Shown: positions 50,536 to 60,959 of the stretch, piece after piece | Layout: every line of letters begins with the position of its first letter | Numbering within the stretch: the stretch's first letter is position 1 | NCBI GenBank assembly: GCA_965205975.1 | Contig: OZ242195.1 | Location: 4,192,001 to 4,256,000, forward strand | From: Candidatus Latescibacterota bacterium | GTDB lineage: Bacteria; Latescibacterota; UBA2968 | Length of the DNA stretch: 64,000 nt | Reading direction: 5' to 3' | The notes under the pieces: model-generated | What the model was told of the DNA's origin: nothing | Databases searched by the model: none | Seen by the model: the letters and a program-made list of their open reading frames with translations, nothing else | Translations under genes and position numbers: made by a program

Positions 50536-53427
50536 TTACTGACACGCCTCGCATGTGCCATCTGTAATATCGCATGACTCGGCTGTTGGTGCTGGGGTGG
50601 CAGGGGCCTGTTGGTGTACCTGTCCGTTGAGAGGCGCATCTGTTTCAACAGGTGCGTCTTCGCGTTGTACCTGCACATCGCTCGAAGCGGATTTGGACTG
50701 CATCCACCGGGGCTGGACGCCGCGTTTGTTGATGTCCATGGTGGATTTTTCGATCTGGGTCGCGGCGAGGGAGCGCAAATAGTACGTGGTTTTTAGTCCG
50801 CGGATCCAGGCGAGTTTGTACATGTCGTCCAATGCCTTGCCGCTGGGGGCTGCGATGTACAGATTTAGCGATTGGCCCATGTCGATCCACTTTTGCCGGC
50901 GGCTGGCGCATTCGATGAGCCATTCGGGTGCCACTTCAAACGCGGTTTTGTAGAGGTCTTTGATGTCTTGTGGGATGCGGTCGATTTCCTGGACTGAGCC
51001 GTCGTAGTATTTCAGATCATCTACCATCTGGTCGTCCCACAGGTCGCGCGCTTTTAAGGCATCGACCATGTAGGGATTTAATACTGTGAAGTCACCGGAC
51101 AGATTTGCTTTTACATACAGGTTGCGATACATCGGCTCGATGGATTGCGTCACGCCCGAGATGTTCGATATGGTGGCGGTCGGGGCAATGGCCATGACGT
51201 TGCTGTTTCGCATGCCGTGTTTGGCGACTGCCTCGCGCACGACATTCCAGTCCAGGCGTGCGGATGTATCGACTTCGAGGTACGCCCCGCGTTCCTGTCC
51301 CAACACGGCCAGGGTATCGATGGGCAATATGCCGCGGTCCCATTTTGAACCGATGTAGGAATGGTATGGGCCGCGTTCTTCGGATAGGTGCGTTGAGGCG
51401 AGGATCGCGTAATACGAGATCATTTCCATGCTGATGTCGGCAAAGTCAACCGCGCCCTGTGAATCGTAGGGCAAATTCAACAGGTAGAGCGCGTCCTGAA
51501 ATCCCATTACGCCCAGGCCCACGGGGCGGTGGCGTTTGTTGGATGTGGCGGCTTCTTCTGTGGGATAGAAATTGATGTCGATCACGTTGTCCAGCATCCG
51601 AAGCGCTGTCGATATCGTGTCTTCCAGCAACTCGCGGTTGAGGCCCGTGGGTGTGATATGTGCCACGAGGTTTACAGAGCCGAGGTTGCATACCGCGGTT
51701 TCTTCGCGGCTCGTGTTCAACAGTATTTCAGTACACAAGTTTGAGCTGTGGACAACGCCCGCGTGATCCTGCGGGGAGCGGATATTGGACGGGTCCTTAA
51801 ATGTGATCCACGGATGCCCGGTTTCAAAGAGCATGGACAACATTTTTCGCCACAATTGCACGGCGTCGATCTGGCGATGTTGTCGCAGTTCACCGGCTTC
51901 GGCCTTTTGTTCATACGCGATGTATTTCTCTTCAAAGGCTTTGCCGTACAAGTCGTGCAGGTCGGGGACTTCATCCGGGCTGAACAGGGTCCAGGATCCC
52001 TTTTCCATGACGCGCTTCATAAACAGGTCGGGAATCCAGTTGGCCGTGTTCATGTCGTGCGTGCGGCGGCGGTCATCACCCGTGTTTTTGCGCAACTCCA
52101 TAAAATCTTCGATGTCCAGGTGCCAGGTTTCCAAATAGGAGCATACCGCCCCTTTGCGTTTTCCGCCCTGGTTGACGGCGACTGCTGTGTCGTTTATGAC
52201 TTTCAAAAATGGAATGACGCCCTGGCTTCTGCCATTTGTGCCGCGGATATAGGAATTTGTCGCGCGCACATTGGTCCAGTCATTGCCCAGGCCGCCAGCC
52301 CATTTGGACAATTTGGCATTGTCAGATACCATTTTGAATATGTGTTCCAGATCGTCTTGCGCGGTTGACAGATAACACGAGGACAACTGCGGGTGCAAGG
52401 TGCCGGCATTGAACAGGGTGGGGGTGGCAGAGACAAATCGGAAGGAAGAGAGTACTTCGTAAAATTGAATGGCACGCGCTTCTTTGTCGTCTTCGTCCCA
52501 AGCGAGGCCCATGGCCACGCGCATCCAGAAAAACTGCGGGGTTTCAATGCGGCGCTCATTGACGTGGAGCAAATAGCGATCAAAAATCGTTTGTACGCCC
52601 AGGTACTCAAAGTCTTCATCGCGCTCGGGTTTTAAGGCCACAGATAGACGCTCCAGATCATAAGTGCGCAATTTGGGATCTAAGCGGTCATTTTCAATGC
52701 CCGTTTCAATAAATTTTGCGAATCCCTGCCGACATGCAGTGTCTCTGTCTTCAAGCGCGGGTTTGAACCCGAGGGCGTGGCGATAGATCACGTTGAGGAG
52801 CAACCGCATTGCGACTTTGCTATAGGCGGGTTCTTTTTCCACGCGGCTGCGCGCTGATAGTATCATGGCGCGTTCGATATCGTCGGGTTTGATGTCGTCG
52901 TAGAGGGAGCGATATATTTCATTGAGCAGGGCCTGGGGATCTACCTCGTCATCGCAAACGGCAAATACCTCGGTGCGAATGCGGTTGGCGTCCAGGGGTT
53001 CGCGCTTGCCGTCGGCGATTTGCACACGGAGTTTGGGCGCGTTGGGGTCCTGGGGTTCTTCTTTGCCGCTGAGTACGCGGGCTTTTTTGTGGTCTTCTCG
53101 ATAGACGATGTAGCGCCGCGCGACCGCAAAGTGGCCTGCACGCATTAGATGGATTTCGACTTTGTCCTGAATGCGTTCGACATCTACGCTGTCATCCGGC
53201 TCGTGCAATTCCCCTTCAATTTCAGCAATAACAGCGTCGGTGAGTTCCGACACATCGGTTCCAATTTTGGGCGGCAGTGAATGATCGTTGGACAATCTCA
53301 ACTCGGCTCTAAATGCCGCCTCAATCGCGCGTTCAATGCGCGCGCGGTCAAACTCAACGACCCGACCGTCGCGTTTGCGTACCGCAAAATCAACTGCTTC
53401 CAGTAAAGTGTCAACTATTTCGGCCAT
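50536..53427 (-). CDS. nrdA: Ribonucleotide reductase R1 subunit with two ATP-cone domains
   Basis: VRKRDG ATP cone, [38 protein letters not shown]-terminal CEACQ. Confidence 0.96.
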   Translation of the reverse strand: MAEIVDTLLEAVDFAVRKRDGRVVEFDRARIERAIEAAFRAELRLSNDHSLPPKIGTDVSELTDAVIAEIEGELHEPDDSVDVERIQDKVEIHLMRAGHFAVARRYIVYREDHKKARVLSGKEEPQDPNAPKLRVQIADGKREPLDANRIRTEVFAVCDDEVDPQALLNEIYRSLYDDIKPDDIERAMILSARSRVEKEPAYSKVAMRLLLNVIYRHALGFKPALEDRDTACRQGFAKFIETGIENDRLDPKLRTYDLERLSVALKPERDEDFEYLGVQTIFDRYLLHVNERRIETPQFFWMRVAMGLAWDEDDKEARAIQFYEVLSSFRFVSATPTLFNAGTLHPQLSSCYLSTAQDDLEHIFKMVSDNAKLSKWAGGLGNDWTNVRATNSYIRGTNGRSQGVIPFLKVINDTAVAVNQGGKRKGAVCSYLETWHLDIEDFMELRKNTGDDRRRTHDMNTANWIPDLFMKRVMEKGSWTLFSPDEVPDLHDLYGKAFEEKYIAYEQKAEAGELRQHRQIDAVQLWRKMLSMLFETGHPWITFKDPSNIRSPQDHAGVVHSSNLCTEILLNTSREETAVCNLGSVNLVAHITPTGLNRELLEDTISTALRMLDNVIDINFYPTEEAATSNKRHRPVGLGVMGFQDALYLLNLPYDSQGAVDFADISMEMISYYAILASTHLSEERGPYHSYIGSKWDRGILPIDTLAVLGQERGAYLEVDTSARLDWNVVREAVAKHGMRNSNVMAIAPTATISNISGVTQSIEPMYRNLYVKANLSGDFTVLNPYMVDALKARDLWDDQMVDDLKYYDGSVQEIDRIPQDIKDLYKTAFEVAPEWLIECASRRQKWIDMGQSLNLYIAAPSGKALDDMYKLAWIRGLKTTYYLRSLAATQIEKSTMDINKRGVQPRWMQSKSASSDVQVQREDAPVETDAPLNGQVHQQAPATPAPTAESCDITDGTCEACQ

Positions 53428-53727
53428 GCATGCCTCCCAAATGCGAAACTACTCCCGCGCGTTCTGACAGAAAAAATAAACCCATAACCGCTGCATAAAA
53501 ACCACAACGGGGAGGGTTGGAAAATGAGCGTGGGGGTTTGTTTTCTAAGACAACAAATCGGGAAAACATAAGGTTGGAAATCCCAATCGCAGAGGAGGGG
53601 AGAGACTGCGAATAATGGATTTGTTTTCCCGAAAAAAGTAATAACTTACGCAGTTGTAATGATTTGTTTGAGTTTGCAAAAAATAGCTAAAGAGGGAGAG
53701 AGGATAAATTTTCACTAACAACTGCAA

Positions 53728-53760
53728 GCACAATATATGGTGGTCTGTGAAAAAAGTCAA
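53728..53760 (-). promoter_or_regulatory. nrdA promoter with an NrdR box overlapping the -10 element
   Basis: TTGACT-17 bp-TATATT on the minus strand; GCACAATATATGGTGG at 53728-53743. Confidence 0.78.
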
Positions 53761-53982
53761 TACCAAATGTGCGTAAATTTAACTTTACCAGCATTGTGTT
53801 GTGCGTGCGTTCAATTGCTTGTATATGCGAGATTTAGAGCGAGAATTTGGGGCTGGGAGAAACGGGGTTCACATGCGTCACGGAGAAACAATACATTTTT
53901 TTAATGTATTATTTTTTTTCTAAAAAAACCTTTGACGCGGTGGGTAAAATGCCGAATATTCTGGGTGTTGATAGGGGTGGAT

Positions 53983-54075
53983 TGGGCGGGCACGGGGAAC
54001 GGGACGGCACAGGGGCCGTCCCCTAAAATGATATTGTTAATCTGGTTTTGTAGGGGCGACCCCCTGTGGTCGCCC
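53983..54075. repeat. Cluster of REP-like palindromes in inverted orientation
   Basis: GGGACGGCACAGGGGCCGTCCCCTA (54001-54025), GTAGGGGCGACCCCCTGTGGTCGCCC (54050-54075), and a partial copy at 53983. Confidence 0.7.
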
Positions 54076-54098
54076 GCTAAAAAGAAAGGATCGGAGAG

Positions 54099-55262
54099 AT
54101 GGACGCTCATTTGCTCGCTTCACTGACACAGACCAAAAAGGCCAGGACACTGCGGGCATCGTCGTGGGATAACAGTGGACGCAATGGCGATGCATGGGTT
54201 ATTGAGGGGGGAGAGACGCGCGTGTTGGCCGATCTCAAGGGACCGGGGTGTATTACGCATATCTGGATGACGCAGAGCGGGGAAGGTGCTTTTCGCAATG
54301 TGGTTTTGAAGATGTTTTGGGATGGTGAAGACGATCCGAGTGTCGAGGTGCCGTTGGGAGATTTCTTTTGTTTGGGACACGGTATTTCAACGTCTTTTCA
54401 ATCGCTGCCCTTTTCGGCATCTGCGAATGCACAGCGCGAGAATCAATTTGTGCCCAATGCCGCGCTGAATTGCTATTTGCTTATGCCGTTTAATCTTTCT
54501 GCGCGCGTTGAGGTGACGAATGAGGGCGATGAATCCTATCGACAATATTTTTACGTGGATTACGAGTTGTACGACGCTCCCTGGGGAGAAGATACGGCGT
54601 ATTTTCACGCGCAATTTCACAGGGAAAATCCGTGCGATGGTTGGGGGCATGAGATTCGGGTCAATACGCCAGAGGCGAATATTGTCAATGTTGAGCGGCA
54701 GGCGTGGGATGGCAATTACGCGATTCTGGAGGCGGCGGGGGTCGGGCACTATATTGGGTGCAATTTGTCGGTGACGAATTTTCAGGGGACGTGGTGGGGC
54801 GAGGGCGATGATATGATCTGGGTGGATGGATACAAGTGGCCGCCGGAGTTGCACGGTACAGGTAGCGAGGATTATCTCAATCAGGCGTGGGGGATGCAGG
54901 ATAATGCGTTTTTGATGAATGGGTCGTCGATTTACGAGCGGAATACAGGTGGGTATCAGACGTCTTATGTGTTTCATTTGACCAATCCCGTGCGGTTTGA
55001 GAAGGAGATTAAGGTGACGATTGAGCACGGGCATGGGAATCATCTGGCGAATGAGATGGCGTCTGTGGCGTATTGGTATCAAAAAGAACCGCATCGCCCA
55101 TTTGGGATTATAGATGTGGCACAGCGACAGCCTGTGGAGAAGTCGCGCGAGGGTGCGTGGGTTCAGGATAGCGCGAATCAGACGCCGCATCGCGAGGTGG
55201 AATTGAATGCGGAGATGCGAGAGAAGAAGCAACAGTGGGCGATGAAGAATGAAGGGAGATAG
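54099..55262 (+). CDS. DUF2961 / GH172-like glycoside hydrolase
   Basis: GPGCITHIWMT, PSVEVPLGDFF, WWGEGDDM, HGTGSEDY, IEHGHGN. Confidence 0.9.
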   Translation: MDAHLLASLTQTKKARTLRASSWDNSGRNGDAWVIEGGETRVLADLKGPGCITHIWMTQSGEGAFRNVVLKMFWDGEDDPSVEVPLGDFFCLGHGISTSFQSLPFSASANAQRENQFVPNAALNCYLLMPFNLSARVEVTNEGDESYRQYFYVDYELYDAPWGEDTAYFHAQFHRENPCDGWGHEIRVNTPEANIVNVERQAWDGNYAILEAAGVGHYIGCNLSVTNFQGTWWGEGDDMIWVDGYKWPPELHGTGSEDYLNQAWGMQDNAFLMNGSSIYERNTGGYQTSYVFHLTNPVRFEKEIKVTIEHGHGNHLANEMASVAYWYQKEPHRPFGIIDVAQRQPVEKSREGAWVQDSANQTPHREVELNAEMREKKQQWAMKNEGR

Positions 55263-55266
55263 GACT

Positions 55267-55836
55267 ATGCTGGAGACAAAGTTAAAATTGGGCTTGAAAG
55301 ATCAGGGACGATTGCTGACGGATGAGGCGTTTGCTCAGGCGGAGTGCGATGCGCCGTATCGGTATGAGCGGGTGGAAGAGCGATTGGTCGTGATGGAGCC
55401 GAGCGATTTGCCGCATATGCAGGTGGTTTCTGCTATTCTCGAAAGCCTCTATGTCTATAGACATACCCATTCGGGGATGATTGAACTCATTGCACCCGAG
55501 GGCTGGATACGGACTTCGGATCAGACGGATCGGGTTGGTGATATTGCCGTGTATTTAGAGGATGTGTCTGCTGACCATATTTATGATCTCGTTCCCGATC
55601 TCGTTTTTGAGGTTGTGAGCCAGGGGAGCGAAGAGCGAGATTATATTTTGAAGCGTGGAGAATATTTCGATACAGGTGTGGCAGAATATGTGATTGTCGA
55701 TCCTTTTCGAAAAGTGGTTACGGTTCTCTCGCACGGTGAGGGCGATTATCTGTCTCGGGAATTGCGGGAGGGAGATGTTTATATTTCTGATCTATTGCCC
55801 GGGTTTGAGTTTCGGATTGTTGATTTGAAATGGTAG
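55267..55836 (+). CDS. Uma2 family (PD-(D/E)xK-like) endonuclease
   Basis: RYERVE, VPDLVFEVVS, KRGEYFDTGVAEYVIVDP, SDLLPGF. Confidence 0.88.
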   Translation: MLETKLKLGLKDQGRLLTDEAFAQAECDAPYRYERVEERLVVMEPSDLPHMQVVSAILESLYVYRHTHSGMIELIAPEGWIRTSDQTDRVGDIAVYLEDVSADHIYDLVPDLVFEVVSQGSEERDYILKRGEYFDTGVAEYVIVDPFRKVVTVLSHGEGDYLSRELREGDVYISDLLPGFEFRIVDLKW

Positions 55837-55845
55837 AGGTCTTTT

Positions 55846-56943
55846 ATGTCTGAGCATATTACAATTTTGGGTGGGGGTAATACGGCGTTTGCCGCGGCTG
55901 CGAATCTGACTTTGAAGGGGTTTGGTGTTACGCTTTGCGAATTGCCGGAGTTTGGGGAGATGCTCGATCCCGTACGCGATAGTGGCGTGATTCATCTGGT
56001 GGGTGTTGAGGAGACGGGGGCGGCGAGAGTTCACAGTTTGACGACGGATATTGAGGCGGCTTTGAATGCCTCGGATCTGGTTCTGGTGATTGTGCCTGCG
56101 TATGCACATAAGCCTTTTGCGCTGGCGTGTGTTCCCTATCTGAGACCCGAGCATACGGTGGTGCTGATGCCGGGTACGCTGGGCACGTTGGAGTGGGCGA
56201 CGCTGTTGCGCGAACGGGGTGTGACAGGTGTCTCGCTTGCCGAGGTGGATACCGCGCCTTATGTGTGTCGAAAAACAGCGCCGGATACGGCGACGATTTG
56301 GGGTACTGTGACGGGGTTGGGTTTGGGGGTTTTGCCAGCGACGGATACAGAGCGGGTGTGCGAACGTCTGTCGCCTTTTTTTCCGGGTATTCAGGCGTAT
56401 CCGACGGTGATGGCGTGTGGTTTGTCTGCGATGAATCCGGTTGTGCATCCTGCGGGTGTGTTGATGAATGCGGGGCGGATTGAGTATTCTCACGGGGAGT
56501 TCTATTTTTACGAGGAGGGGGTTTCCCCGTCTGTGGCGAAGACGATTATGGCTGTGGATGCAGAGCGCAGAGCTATAGCTAAGGCTTTGGGATATGATCT
56601 GGTGGCGGCGAATGAGGCGTTTTATCGCGCGGGTTTTGGTCCGCAGGGCGATTTGTGGGCCGCGATTAATGGCAGCCGGATGCTGACGCAACTCAAGGCG
56701 CCGGGGTCGCTTGAGAGCCGATGGCTTACGGAGGATATTCCCTACGGTCTTTCAGCCTGGCACGATGTGGGCGCGCAATACGGGGTGGAGGCGCCTTTGA
56801 TGCGCGGGCTGGTGGATATTGCGTCTGTGGTGATGGGTTTTGATGGGTGGACTTCAGGGCGCAGTGTGCGCGAGTTGGGGATTGCGGGGATGGGGCTGGA
56901 GGATTTGAATGGGTTTTTGGAGGTCGGTTACTCCACGTCGTAA
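55846..56943 (+). CDS. NAD/NADP opine (octopine/nopaline-type) dehydrogenase family
   Basis: ILGGGNTA, NPVVHP, FYFYEEG, VDAERRAIA, RWLTEDIPYGL. Confidence 0.9.
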   Translation: MSEHITILGGGNTAFAAAANLTLKGFGVTLCELPEFGEMLDPVRDSGVIHLVGVEETGAARVHSLTTDIEAALNASDLVLVIVPAYAHKPFALACVPYLRPEHTVVLMPGTLGTLEWATLLRERGVTGVSLAEVDTAPYVCRKTAPDTATIWGTVTGLGLGVLPATDTERVCERLSPFFPGIQAYPTVMACGLSAMNPVVHPAGVLMNAGRIEYSHGEFYFYEEGVSPSVAKTIMAVDAERRAIAKALGYDLVAANEAFYRAGFGPQGDLWAAINGSRMLTQLKAPGSLESRWLTEDIPYGLSAWHDVGAQYGVEAPLMRGLVDIASVVMGFDGWTSGRSVRELGIAGMGLEDLNGFLEVGYSTS

Positions 56944-57758
56944 ACACAACGAAAACCGATGGACCCACTGGTCGTGCGTGGAAAAAAGCGGCGTCTTATT
57001 GTTGTACGCATATCCTGAGGGAGCGGCGATGTAGCCCCGCCTCGCACTACCCGGTGAGTGCCCGTTTCAGGGCCTGAAGGATTTTCCTCAGGGCTGGCGG
57101 CATAATAATTTGGATCGTACCAATCCCAAACCCACTCTGCCACATTGCCACCCATATCGCGTACACCATAAGGACTCACATCAACCTCATGCACACCCAC
57201 AGCAGCCGTTGGTCCTTTAATACTCCAATCCACTAAAAGAGATGTGTCAAGGGGTTCATTGGACCAGGGAAAATGCTGCCCACTTTCACCGCGTGCTGCT
57301 TTTTCCCATTCGGCTTCAGTGGGCAAGCGCCCGCCGATGAGTTCACAATATGCTTTTGCGCCATACCAGGAGACTTCCGTCATCGGGTGATCGGATTTGG
57401 TTGAGTCGAGTACAACAAGCCCATTTAGAGTAAATCCGATTTGTATGTCGCGATCATCGAGGTCAACCAGCGTGTTGCCTTCTGCATCTTCCAGTTTTTC
57501 AGTGAGGCGCAGATAGAACGCATACTGTTCATTGGTCACTTCGTATTTATCAATGCGATACGCCTTTAAAAAAACAGTGTGGGATGGTTGCTCGGAGTCG
57601 GACCAGGAATTGGATCCCATGACGAATGCACCGGCGGGAATGAGTACTGTTTTGTCGAGATCATAAGTTAGCCCTTGCTCGTAAGGGTCATTTACACTGC
57701 CGATACCACAGCCGTAAAATGCGATCAAAATATAAAATAAAAAACGCCAGTAGATCAT
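56928..57758 (-). CDS. FGE-sulfatase (SUMF1-like) domain lipoprotein
   Basis: Lipobox FYGC, IPAGAFVMGS, RLPTEAEWEKAARG, DMGGNVAEW, GFRC. Confidence 0.88.
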   Translation of the reverse strand: MIYWRFLFYILIAFYGCGIGSVNDPYEQGLTYDLDKTVLIPAGAFVMGSNSWSDSEQPSHTVFLKAYRIDKYEVTNEQYAFYLRLTEKLEDAEGNTLVDLDDRDIQIGFTLNGLVVLDSTKSDHPMTEVSWYGAKAYCELIGGRLPTEAEWEKAARGESGQHFPWSNEPLDTSLLVDWSIKGPTAAVGVHEVDVSPYGVRDMGGNVAEWVWDWYDPNYYAASPEENPSGPETGTHRVVRGGATSPLPQDMRTTIRRRFFPRTTSGSIGFRCVYDVE

Positions 57759-57857
57759 AAGTCATCAGGCCTGTGCGTTAAAAATACACAAAACAGAGGT
57801 GTTTGATGATCCCCGGCGTTTCTAATGTAGAGCAGATTGCTAAATGCTGCAAGAGAA

Positions 57858-58436
57858 TTACAGTTGCTCAATGTCTATGTTGCGGAACCAGATCTGGTTG
57901 CCGTGGTCTTGAAGGCCGATGTACCCGGCTTCGGTCATTTCGCGGAATGCGCGGTTGAATTTGTTGCGCGTGCCGTCGGGGTTCTGGTTCGGCGTGGTCC
58001 AGCGGTTGAGGTCCATGTCGGTGATTTGCTCGCCGTTTAAGGTGACGCGGATGATGTTGTCCATGGCGTAGAGGATCATGTGATTCCATTCGCCCGCGGG
58101 TTTGCAGGTGTTGTGCGTGGGGGCTTGTAAATCATAGACTGAGCCGCAGCATTTGGTGGTTGCGGGTTCGTGTCCGTGTGTGTCCAGTATTTGGATTTCA
58201 ATGCCGGTTTGCACGGGGTTGTCCAGGTCGGTCCAGCGGAAGAAGACGCCGCTGTTGGTTCTGGGGGGATGTTTGAATTCGAGCGAGAGTTCAAAGTTTT
58301 TGAACTGGTCTTCTGTGTAGTACAGGTATTTCCCCTGTTCTGCGGTGCAGAAAAGACAGCCGTGATCTACGATCCAGCCGTCGGGATTGCCGGTGGCTGC
58401 CCAGCCGTTGAGGGTTTTGCCGTCGAAAAGTTGCAT
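57858..58436 (-). CDS. DUF1080 (3-keto-glycoside hydrolase-like) protein
   Basis: LFDGKTLNGW, NSGVFFR, EIQILD, GYIGLQDHG, WFRNI. Confidence 0.9.
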   Translation of the reverse strand: MQLFDGKTLNGWAATGNPDGWIVDHGCLFCTAEQGKYLYYTEDQFKNFELSLEFKHPPRTNSGVFFRWTDLDNPVQTGIEIQILDTHGHEPATTKCCGSVYDLQAPTHNTCKPAGEWNHMILYAMDNIIRVTLNGEQITDMDLNRWTTPNQNPDGTRNKFNRAFREMTEAGYIGLQDHGNQIWFRNIDIEQL

Positions 58437-58448
58437 GTAGCCTCCTTG

Positions 58449-59396
58449 TTAGGTAGTGATTGCGACGGGTTCTGCGAGATGTTCGCCGCGCATGGCGCGC
58501 GAGCGGTCGTAATAGGTCCACAGGTCTTCGAGTTCAAATTCCGCTTCGATATCTTCTACGGATATGTCTTCCATGAGGGATTCGAGTACGAATGTGGCTT
58601 CGGGGCGCATGATGTGGATGCGGACCCCCGCGCCATAGGTGCTGTGTATGTCGCCGAGTTTGTTCTGGTTGAAGTCGAGGTGGTAGGCTTTGGTGTCTGC
58701 GTTGATTTCGGCAAATGCAAAGGGCGAGAGTTTGCCTTGTTCTACGAGGGGTTCACTATAGCCTTGCCACGCGAGGCGGTGGCCGCACATGTCGGTGATG
58801 GAGCTTTCCTGAGATTGGCTGACGATGAGAAAGACGCCGTAGTCGCGCGCCCAGGCGGCGTGTCGCATGCCGCCGTTGAACATGCTGGGGAAGAAGACCA
58901 TGCGCGCACCCGAGCGGGCGAGCATCATGGCAACTTCGGGAAATTTGAGGTCAAAACAGATGCACATGCCCACGCGACCGCAGTCTGTGGCGAATGTATT
59001 GGCCTGTGTACCGGGCAGGGTGCCGCGTTCCATTTCGTTGACGGTGGGTTGCACTTTGTGGTAGCGGCCCATGACGTTTCCATCTCGGCCGATGAGGACG
59101 GCGGCGTTGAAGGTCTGGTCTTCCCACCGCTCTTGCATGCCGACGATGACATGGGTGCCGATTTCCGCGGCTGCTTTGCCAATGGCTTCGGTTGTGGGAC
59201 CGGGTACGGGTTCGCCCATCCATGCATCGCTGTCTTGCGGACAGCCGAGTTCTCGCGCGACTTCGGTGAAGCACACAAAGTCGGGGCAATAAGGGGCTGT
59301 TTCTTCGAGGTGGCGCACCATGTGTTCTACATTTTGTTCTACGTTTTTGTACCCACCTCTGGGAAATGAGACGCTGAGGAGTCGGACGGTTTTCAC
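58449..59396 (-). CDS. Carbon-nitrogen hydrolase (nitrilase superfamily)
   Basis: E-K-C triad: CFTE, YHK, ICFD; GTG start with RBS AAGGAG. Confidence 0.88.
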   Translation of the reverse strand: MKTVRLLSVSFPRGGYKNVEQNVEHMVRHLEETAPYCPDFVCFTEVARELGCPQDSDAWMGEPVPGPTTEAIGKAAAEIGTHVIVGMQERWEDQTFNAAVLIGRDGNVMGRYHKVQPTVNEMERGTLPGTQANTFATDCGRVGMCICFDLKFPEVAMMLARSGARMVFFPSMFNGGMRHAAWARDYGVFLIVSQSQESSITDMCGHRLAWQGYSEPLVEQGKLSPFAFAEINADTKAYHLDFNQNKLGDIHSTYGAGVRIHIMRPEATFVLESLMEDISVEDIEAEFELEDLWTYYDRSRAMRGEHLAEPVAITT

Positions 59397-59413
59397 GGTG
59401 TTCTCCTTTCTAA

Positions 59414-59524
59414 GAATCACGAATCAACGAATCAACGAATCCCGCCCATTCTCCCAAAACCAGTATATATTACCATTCGTCTATTCGTCTATTCGTCTAT
59501 TCGTCTATTCGTCTATTCGTCTAT
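59414..59524. repeat. Opposed octamer tandem repeats
   Basis: ~3 (CA)ACGAAT units at 59414-59441 and 6 ATTCGTCT units at 59475-59522. Confidence 0.9.
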
Positions 59525-60492
59525 CGCTCGCCGTAATAGGTGATCAGACACTGGTCCATGACCCATGATGCACGGGCTCCGGTTTCTCCGGTGGATACGC
59601 ATTTGCCTTCGCCGCGCAGTTCGTTGACGATGGTTTGTATCAGGGGTTGTTGGACGTGTGGGGGATTGGGCGCGGCGATGTGTTCTTCATTGCCGTTGCG
59701 TTTGAGGATGATGTCGGTGTCTGCGAAGACGGGGGTCTGGATTTCGCCTCCGGATCCCGTGAATGTGATGCGGTTGTCGGAATGATCGGCGTGGAAGTTC
59801 CAGATGCCTGTTCCCACGACGCCGCTTTCAAATTCAAATGTTGCGGTTGTTACGTCTTCGGCTTCGTACGTTCCGCCGGTGTTGAGGGCGTAGCCACTGG
59901 CGCGGGTGATGGGGCTGACGAGGAAGTCGAGGATGTCGATGCCGTGTGATGCGAGGTCGAGGAATTTGCCCGCGCCGGCGATGGCTGGGTCAAATCGCCA
60001 GTTGTTGGGGTTTGTGTCGAGTTTGCCGTATTGGACGATGTGTACAGATGTGAGGGTTCCTATTGCGCCTTCGCGGAGGAGTTCGCGGACTTTCAGGAAG
60101 CGCGGGAGTCCTCGGCGGTAATAGGCGACGTACAGGGGGAGGTTTTTGGCTTTGAAGGCTTCGACCATTTGTACGCATTCGCGGTGGTTCATGGCCATGG
60201 GTTTTTCGACGTAACAGGGTTTGCCCGCTTCGGCGACGCGCAATGCGTAGTCGCAGTGCGAGGAGGGTGGTGTGGCGATGTACACGGCGTTGACGTCGGG
60301 GTGATGGATGACGTCGTCGGCGTTGTTGGTGGATTGGGATATGCCGTGGCGTTTGGCGAAGTCCGCGGCTTTTTCCCCGTCCCGGCGCATGACGATGACG
60401 AGTTCCGAGTGGTCCGCTTTGTAAAATCCCGGGCCACTTTTGACTTCGCACACGTCACCACAACCGATAATGCCCCATTTTACTGTTTGCAT
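59521..60492 (-). CDS. Gfo/Idh/MocA oxidoreductase
   Basis: WGIIGCG, VYIATPP, VEKPMA, DLASHGID. Confidence 0.93.
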   Translation of the reverse strand: MQTVKWGIIGCGDVCEVKSGPGFYKADHSELVIVMRRDGEKAADFAKRHGISQSTNNADDVIHHPDVNAVYIATPPSSHCDYALRVAEAGKPCYVEKPMAMNHRECVQMVEAFKAKNLPLYVAYYRRGLPRFLKVRELLREGAIGTLTSVHIVQYGKLDTNPNNWRFDPAIAGAGKFLDLASHGIDILDFLVSPITRASGYALNTGGTYEAEDVTTATFEFESGVVGTGIWNFHADHSDNRITFTGSGGEIQTPVFADTDIILKRNGNEEHIAAPNPPHVQQPLIQTIVNELRGEGKCVSTGETGARASWVMDQCLITYYGER

Positions 60493-60652
60493 GATGTAAG
60501 GTCCTTTCGATAAAATTCAAATATTATCCTGATTCATAACATTCTGTAACTTTGACAGAATTGGCTTGACAGGCAAGGGATGATTTTCTTAACTATTCAA
60601 GACAGCGATTATGAGCGTCACATTGCCTCACAAGAATTAAAAAGGAAATATT

Positions 60653-60886
60653 ATGGCTATAGTTCACATTGATCTGACAGATCAAGAAAATGATTGTCTG
60701 ATGACAATCGCACGCGAGACTGGTAAGACCCAGGATGAAGTACTGCGCGATGCTATTAATATTATGATTTCGCAATTTCAGCAGTCAGACCGACGCGCCT
60801 TGCTTCAGAGTGCCCGCGGAATGTGGAAAGATCGTACAGATCTACCTCCTGCTGAGGAGCTTCGACGCGAATGGGATAGACTGTAA
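60653..60886 (+). CDS. Ribbon-helix-helix (CopG/VapB-like) antitoxin
   Basis: ARETGKTQDEVLRDAI..ARGMWKDRTDLP..LRREWDR; RBS AAGGA. Confidence 0.85.
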   Translation: MAIVHIDLTDQENDCLMTIARETGKTQDEVLRDAINIMISQFQQSDRRALLQSARGMWKDRTDLPPAEELRREWDRL

Positions 60887-60889
60887 GAC

Positions 60890-60943
60890 ATGGCTATCCG
60901 ACTTTTATTGGATACGGATTATGAACCCGCAATTTCAGAATGA
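60890..60943 (+). pseudogene. Truncated VapC/PIN toxin
   Basis: MAIRLLLDTD (PIN first strand with the catalytic Asp) followed by YEPAISE*. Confidence 0.7.
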
Positions 60944-60959
60944 TTGCGGGTTCTTTTTT
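60923..60959 (+). terminator. Intrinsic terminator of the cassette
   Basis: 11-bp stem GAACCCGCAAT/ATTGCGGGTTC followed by TTTTTT. Confidence 0.8.

Noticed and set aside
53428..53727. Cobalamin riboswitch upstream of nrdA
   Set aside because: The conserved B12-box elements were not found.
55267..55836. Uma2 gene as a direct-repeat-flanked mobile cassette
   Set aside because: No flanking repeats were found; it is tightly embedded in the operon.
56928..57758. The sulfatase-maturating formylglycine-generating enzyme
   Set aside because: It lacks the catalytic Cys pair after RGG (reads RGGATSPLP) and has a lipoprotein signal.
58170..59369. Long antisense ORFs (also 21430-22605, 8152-9225, 54387-55232)
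   Set aside because: They are shadows of well-supported genes on the opposite strand and carry no recognisable motifs.
59414..59524. Tandem repeats as a CRISPR array
   Set aside because: Units are 8 bp with no spacers, and there are no cas genes.
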